The notes under the pieces are model-generated. The model saw only the letters and a program-made list of their open reading frames with translations, was not told where the DNA came from and made no database searches. The position numbers were made by a program, and so were the translations under genes. From a bacterium HR11 (GTDB taxonomy: Bacteria; Acidobacteriota; HRBIN11), in assembly GCA_002898535.1 (NCBI GenBank), contig BEHN01000001.1, positions 261,564 to 325,563 on the forward strand: DNA of 64,000 nt, read 5' to 3'. This document shows positions 59,324 to 64,000 of the stretch, piece after piece (positions within the stretch are counted from its first letter, which is position 1; every line of letters begins with the position of its first letter).

Positions 59324-60697
59324 ATGAAGGTCCTTATCATAGACGATGAAAAGCTCCTCCGGTGGTCCATCGCCCAGAAGCTTCGGGCCTGGGGGTATAC
59401 GCCCCTGGAGGCCCGTACGGGCAAGGAGGGCCTTCGGCTGTTTCGGTCCATGTACCCGGACCTCGTCCTGCTGGACCTGCGGCTTCCTGACGAGGACGGG
59501 ATGGAGCTTTTGAAGACCTTTCGGAGCGAGGACCCCGACGTTCCCATCGTCGTCATCACGGCTTACGGGAGCGTCGACGAGGCCGTTCAGGCGATGAAGC
59601 TCGGGGCCGACGACTTCATGACGAAGCCCCTGGACTTTACCCGTCTTCAAGTCACCCTGGAGCGCCTCCTGGAGAACGTCCGGTTGAAGCGCAAGGTCCG
59701 GACCCTTGAGGCCGGTCCGTGGACGCTCGATGCCGTCGTCACCGAGTCACCGGCGATGAAGGTCATCGTTCGGGACCTGCGGCGGATCGTGACGGCGATG
59801 CCCTCCAGCGTCCTCATCACGGGCGAGAGCGGTACGGGCAAGGACCTGCTGGCCCGGGTCCTGCATTACTCATCCGACCGGGCCTCGGGTCCTTTCGTCG
59901 TCGTGGATTGTACGGCCATCCCGGAGACCCTTATCGAGAGCGAGCTCTTTGGGTACGAGCGGGGGGCCTTCACGGACGCCAAGACGAGCAAGAAGGGGGC
60001 TTTCTTGCTGGCCAACGGCGGGACCCTCGTCCTGGACGAGATCGGCGAGATGCGGCCTTCCCTGCAGGTGAAACTCCTCCGGGTCTTGGAGGACCGGGCC
60101 TTTCGGCCCCTCGGGGGGACGATGGACATCGCGGTCAACGTCTGTGTCATCGCGACGACCAACCGCGACCTGGAGGAGGCCGTCCGGCGGGGCGAATTCC
60201 GGAGTGACCTCTACTACCGGCTGAACGTCGTGCGGATTCATATCCCGCCCCTGCGGGAGCGGAAGGAGGACATCCTACCCCTGGCGATGGCCTTTGTCCG
60301 TCAGTTCAACGCCCAATTCCGCCGGCACGTCCAGGGGTTCACGGAAGAGGCCGCCCAAGCCCTGCTCCAGCACCCCTGGCCTGGCAATGCCCGAGAGCTT
60401 CGGAATGTGATCGAGCGGGCCATGATTCTGTATGATGTTCCCTTACTGGACACGGCCCACCTGGGTCTTCGGCCGACGGCGCCGCCCAGTCTGTTTCGTT
60501 TGCCCCCGGAGGGGATCGACTTGGAGAAGCTGGAGGAACAGCTCATCCTGCAGGCCCTGGAGATGGCGCAGGGGAACAAGACGCAGGCCGCCCGGCTCCT
60601 GGGCCTGTCCCGGGACGCCTTCCGGTATCGGCTAAAGACGATCCTGGAACGTCGGGGGATGTCGGAGGACGCCTCCTTTTCGATGCAGGATGCATGA
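59324..60697 (+). CDS. Sigma54-dependent response regulator (NtrC family)
   Basis: Receiver domain, GESGTGKD, ESELFGYERGAFTDA, WPGNARELRN, Fis-type HTH; start may be GTG 59297. Confidence 0.93.
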   Translation: MKVLIIDDEKLLRWSIAQKLRAWGYTPLEARTGKEGLRLFRSMYPDLVLLDLRLPDEDGMELLKTFRSEDPDVPIVVITAYGSVDEAVQAMKLGADDFMTKPLDFTRLQVTLERLLENVRLKRKVRTLEAGPWTLDAVVTESPAMKVIVRDLRRIVTAMPSSVLITGESGTGKDLLARVLHYSSDRASGPFVVVDCTAIPETLIESELFGYERGAFTDAKTSKKGAFLLANGGTLVLDEIGEMRPSLQVKLLRVLEDRAFRPLGGTMDIAVNVCVIATTNRDLEEAVRRGEFRSDLYYRLNVVRIHIPPLRERKEDILPLAMAFVRQFNAQFRRHVQGFTEEAAQALLQHPWPGNARELRNVIERAMILYDVPLLDTAHLGLRPTAPPSLFRLPPEGIDLEKLEEQLILQALEMAQGNKTQAARLLGLSRDAFRYRLKTILERRGMSEDASFSMQDA

Positions 60698-60722
60698 TAT
60701 TCGGGATAGAGGGAGGGGTAAG

Positions 60723-62789
60723 GTGGGTGGTTTTCGGAGGGGGCTCTTTTGGGCCTGGGGGAGCCTCATCGGTCTGGCGGCTTTGGCGTGGGCTCAAACG
60801 CCGCCCTGTCAAACGTGTCATAAGGACGTCCATATCACGTCCCCGGCCCATGCCGACCTGGACTGTATGGATTGCCACTCCAACGTGACGAAGGTCCCCC
60901 ATCCGCCCAAGCTCTTGAAGCAATTGGGCGGCGACGCTCTCTGTCGGCAATGTCACGACGACGTCGTTCCCCAAGTCGCCGCCAGTGTCCATGGGCCTGG
61001 AGCCTGTGGCGACTGTCACGGACCGGCCCACGAGATCCCGCCCCCCCGATGGACCGTCTGTGGGGACTGTCACGCGGAGGCGACGGAAGCCTTTCAGGCC
61101 AGCTCTCATCGAAAGAGTCTGAACTGTAGCTCCTGCCATGAAGTCGTTCACGCCATTCGGTCCCCGAAACGACCCGGCTCGAGGGTCCACCCCTTCCAGC
61201 AGATTCAAACCTGCGGGACTTGTCATGGGAAGCCGCCCCAGCTCATCGACGGATACCTCCAGAGCGTCCACGGCCGGGGCCTGCTCCTGGCCGGCCTGGC
61301 CACAGCACCGGCCTGTAGCGACTGTCACGGAAGTCATGGGGTCTTTCCGGTCCGGGACGTCCGCTCGACGGTATCGGCCCGAAATGCGCCCCTCACGTGC
61401 GGGCGGTGTCACGTGGGCGTCCTGGACGTATGGTCGAAAGACAGCGTCCACGGCCAGCTCTGGCGGGCGGGCCGGACCGGGGGACCCGTCTGCACGACCT
61501 GTCACGGGTCTCACCGGATTCAAGAGCCGAGGGCCGGCATCCAACGCTTGAAGTTTCCCGAGACCTGCGGCGGGTGTCACGGGGAGCGGTACCACACCTA
61601 CCGGGACGGATTCCACGGGCAGGTCACGGCCCTTGGATTCCTGACGGCGGCCATCTGTTCGGACTGCCATACGCCGCATCAGAACGAACCGGCCCGGGAC
61701 CCGAAGTCATCTGTACATCCGGCGAATCTGACTCGAACCTGCGGTCGGTGCCACGGCCCGGTCACGGCCGCCTTTGTGACCTTTGACCCCCATGCGGACC
61801 CCCGGGACCCCCGACGGAACCGGCCGCTTTATTACGTATGGCTCTTCATGACGGGCTTGCTGGTGTTCGTCTTTGGATTCTTCGGGATTCACACCCTCCT
61901 CTGGCTTCAGCGATCGGTCGTGGGCGCGCTCCGGGGAGAGTTTCACTCGATCCGGCGATGGAAGGGGGAGACCGTCTGGGTCCGACGATTTTCGCCGGTC
62001 CACATGTGGACCCACGTGGCCATCGTCGTGAGTTTTCTGCTCCTGGCCGCCACGGGCCTGCCCCTCAAGTACCACGATACCCGGTGGGGACCGGTCCTCG
62101 CTTCGTGGCTGGGCGGCGTCGAAACGACCCGCCTGCTTCACCGGGCCGGGGCCGCGATCACGTTCGGATACGCCGTTTTCCATTTGGGTTACATCCTTTA
62201 CTGGGCGGCCTTCCGGGGGGACCGGGGGATCCTGTGGGGCTGGCGGTCGATGATGCCCCGGTGGCAGGATTTCATAGACCTCTGGCGTAACGTCCGGTAC
62301 TTTCTGTACTTGGGTCCCCGACCCCGTCTGGACCGATGGACGTACTGGGAAAAGTTCGACTACTTCGCCGTCTTCTGGGGCGTCGTCATCATCGGGCTCT
62401 CAGGCCTCTTTCTATGGTTTCCCAAGTTCTGGACCCGGTTTCTCCCCGGTTGGCTCTTGAATGCCGCTTTTGTCGTCCACAGCGACGAGGCCCTCTTGGC
62501 CGTGGGCTTCATCTTCATCTTCCACTTCTTCCACAATCACCTCCGGCCGGAGAACTTCCCGATGGACCCCGTCGTGTTCATCGGGAGCCTGCCCCTGAAG
62601 CGGTTTCAGGAAGAACGACCCGCCGAATATCAGCGTCTGGTCGAAAGCGGCGAGCTGGAGAAGTACCTGGAAGGCCCGCCGTCCAAGTGTCAGGTCCGCC
62701 TGGCCTACGTCTTTGGGTTCCTGACGCTGACGATAGGGGTCTTGCTGATTGTCCTCATCCTCGCCACGGCCCTGGGGGCCCTTCGGTAG
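60723..62789 (+). CDS. Multihaem cytochrome c (13 CxxCH) fused to a cytochrome b membrane domain (CbcL-like architecture)
   Basis: 13 CxxCH motifs counted; C-terminal TM region with YWEKFDYFAVFWG and HSDEALLA; GGAGG RBS before GTG. Confidence 0.88.
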   Translation: MGGFRRGLFWAWGSLIGLAALAWAQTPPCQTCHKDVHITSPAHADLDCMDCHSNVTKVPHPPKLLKQLGGDALCRQCHDDVVPQVAASVHGPGACGDCHGPAHEIPPPRWTVCGDCHAEATEAFQASSHRKSLNCSSCHEVVHAIRSPKRPGSRVHPFQQIQTCGTCHGKPPQLIDGYLQSVHGRGLLLAGLATAPACSDCHGSHGVFPVRDVRSTVSARNAPLTCGRCHVGVLDVWSKDSVHGQLWRAGRTGGPVCTTCHGSHRIQEPRAGIQRLKFPETCGGCHGERYHTYRDGFHGQVTALGFLTAAICSDCHTPHQNEPARDPKSSVHPANLTRTCGRCHGPVTAAFVTFDPHADPRDPRRNRPLYYVWLFMTGLLVFVFGFFGIHTLLWLQRSVVGALRGEFHSIRRWKGETVWVRRFSPVHMWTHVAIVVSFLLLAATGLPLKYHDTRWGPVLASWLGGVETTRLLHRAGAAITFGYAVFHLGYILYWAAFRGDRGILWGWRSMMPRWQDFIDLWRNVRYFLYLGPRPRLDRWTYWEKFDYFAVFWGVVIIGLSGLFLWFPKFWTRFLPGWLLNAAFVVHSDEALLAVGFIFIFHFFHNHLRPENFPMDPVVFIGSLPLKRFQEERPAEYQRLVESGELEKYLEGPPSKCQVRLAYVFGFLTLTIGVLLIVLILATALGALR

Positions 62790-62798
62790 CCCGGCTGT

Positions 62799-63872
62799 AT
62801 GGAGGCCTGCATGGTCCGATTTCCCGCCATGGGCAAAATCAGTCCCGAATTTTTCGACCGACACGTCTTCCCCCGGCTGGGCGCCCGGCGGCCTGAGGTC
62901 CTCGTCCTGCCCCGGCACGGCGTGGATGTCGGGGTCGTCCAGATCGGCCCGGACCGGGTCATGGCCGTGACGACGGACCCCATCTACATCGTCCCCCAAT
63001 ACGGTTGGGAACGGGCGGCCTGGTTCGCCTGGCATATCCTGGCCAGCGACGTGACGACCAGCGGATTCCCGCCGGCCTACGCCGTCTTCGACTTCAACCT
63101 GCCGATGGAAATGACCGAAGAGGCCTTTGAGCGCATCTGGGCCGTCATCGACAGGGAGAACCGGAAATACGGCGTGACCGTCATCGCCGGCCATACGGGG
63201 CGGTATCCCGGCGTGGACTACCCGATGGTCGGCGGGGCGACCTTCATCGCCGTCGGTCCCCGGGACCGCTACCTGACGGCCGAGATGGCCCGCCCCGGCG
63301 ACCTGGTCGTCGTCACGAAGGGGGCGGCCATCGAAGCCGTCGGGATTCTGAGTAACACTTTCCCGAATTACGTTCGGGCTCATTTAGGCGAGGCCGTCTT
63401 CCGAAAGGCGGCGGCCCTCTTTGAGCAGATGAGCACCGTCGAGGACGCCCTGACGAGCGTCTCGGTCGGCGTCCGGGATGAGGGCGTCACGGCGATGCAC
63501 GACGCCACCGAGTGCGGGGTCCTGGGGGGCGTCTGGGAAGTCGCCGAGGCCAGCGGTCAGGGGGTCGTCCTGTACAAGGACGAAATCCCCGTCTCGGCGG
63601 AGGTCCGGGCCGTCTGTGACCTTTTCGAGATCGACCCCTACACGGCCATCAGCGAGGGTACGCTGATCGTCACGGTCCGACCGTCTCGGGCCGACGACCT
63701 CCTGGAGGCCCTCGGCGACCGGGGCATCCTGGCCCGGGTCGTCGGCGAAATTCGGCCGCCGGAGCAGGGCAAGGTCCTTATCGAAGGCGGTCAGGCCCGG
63801 CCCCTTGAACACCCGCGGGTCGACCCCTTCTGGGGTGCCATGCAGAAGGCCCTCGAGCAGGGCCTCCCGTGA
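62799..63872 (+). CDS. AIR synthase-related (PurM/HypE/ThiL superfamily) protein
   Basis: GVDVGV, TTDP, ASDV, IAGHTG, AMHDATECG, ISEGTL. Confidence 0.82.
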   Translation: MEACMVRFPAMGKISPEFFDRHVFPRLGARRPEVLVLPRHGVDVGVVQIGPDRVMAVTTDPIYIVPQYGWERAAWFAWHILASDVTTSGFPPAYAVFDFNLPMEMTEEAFERIWAVIDRENRKYGVTVIAGHTGRYPGVDYPMVGGATFIAVGPRDRYLTAEMARPGDLVVVTKGAAIEAVGILSNTFPNYVRAHLGEAVFRKAAALFEQMSTVEDALTSVSVGVRDEGVTAMHDATECGVLGGVWEVAEASGQGVVLYKDEIPVSAEVRAVCDLFEIDPYTAISEGTLIVTVRPSRADDLLEALGDRGILARVVGEIRPPEQGKVLIEGGQARPLEHPRVDPFWGAMQKALEQGLP

Positions 63873-64000
63873 TGTTGGGTGTTGGGTCTTGGATGCTGGG
63901 TGCCCGGTAGAAAGACCACAGACCACCGACCCTCGACCTGTTTCGGAAGCCTGGTTCGCTTCGTCTCGAGACGGGTATTCCGATGACTCCGTCAGGTCTA

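Overview
GC-rich bacterial chromosomal window. The TonB/VWA/TBDR gene styles suggest Acidobacteriota or a relative, and the archaeal-type FBP aldolase/phosphatase suggests a thermophile (inference). Content in order: TPR-tonB-exbB-exbD-exbD, Leu dehydrogenase, PcrA/UvrD, VWA protein and TonB-dependent receptor, a partial methanopterin-linked C1 cluster (fae, SDR, PCD, DHPS-like, mtd, DUF1464, ATP-grasp), the ilvDBNC-leuACD operon with a Leu-rich leader ORF, proC, gltB, leuB, MarR with a cytochrome c'-beta-like gene, dnaG, hfq-like, priA, terC, ribD, fbp, tmRNA, rng, RuvC-like, TIGR02757-like, and a haem-motif sensor kinase/NtrC pair with a 13-haem c/b cytochrome. Two signals stand out. (1) The tmRNA gene is split in its T-loop by a 345-nt ORF-less group I intron whose core pairings and splice sites can be traced by eye. 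(2) Many intergenic gaps hold palindromes built from short 7-9-nt tandem repeats (about 10 motif families), often inside conserved MITE-like shells, and one shell type carries different repeat cargo in different copies. No transposase or CRISPR array was seen. All calls are from visual motif recognition; no database searches were run.
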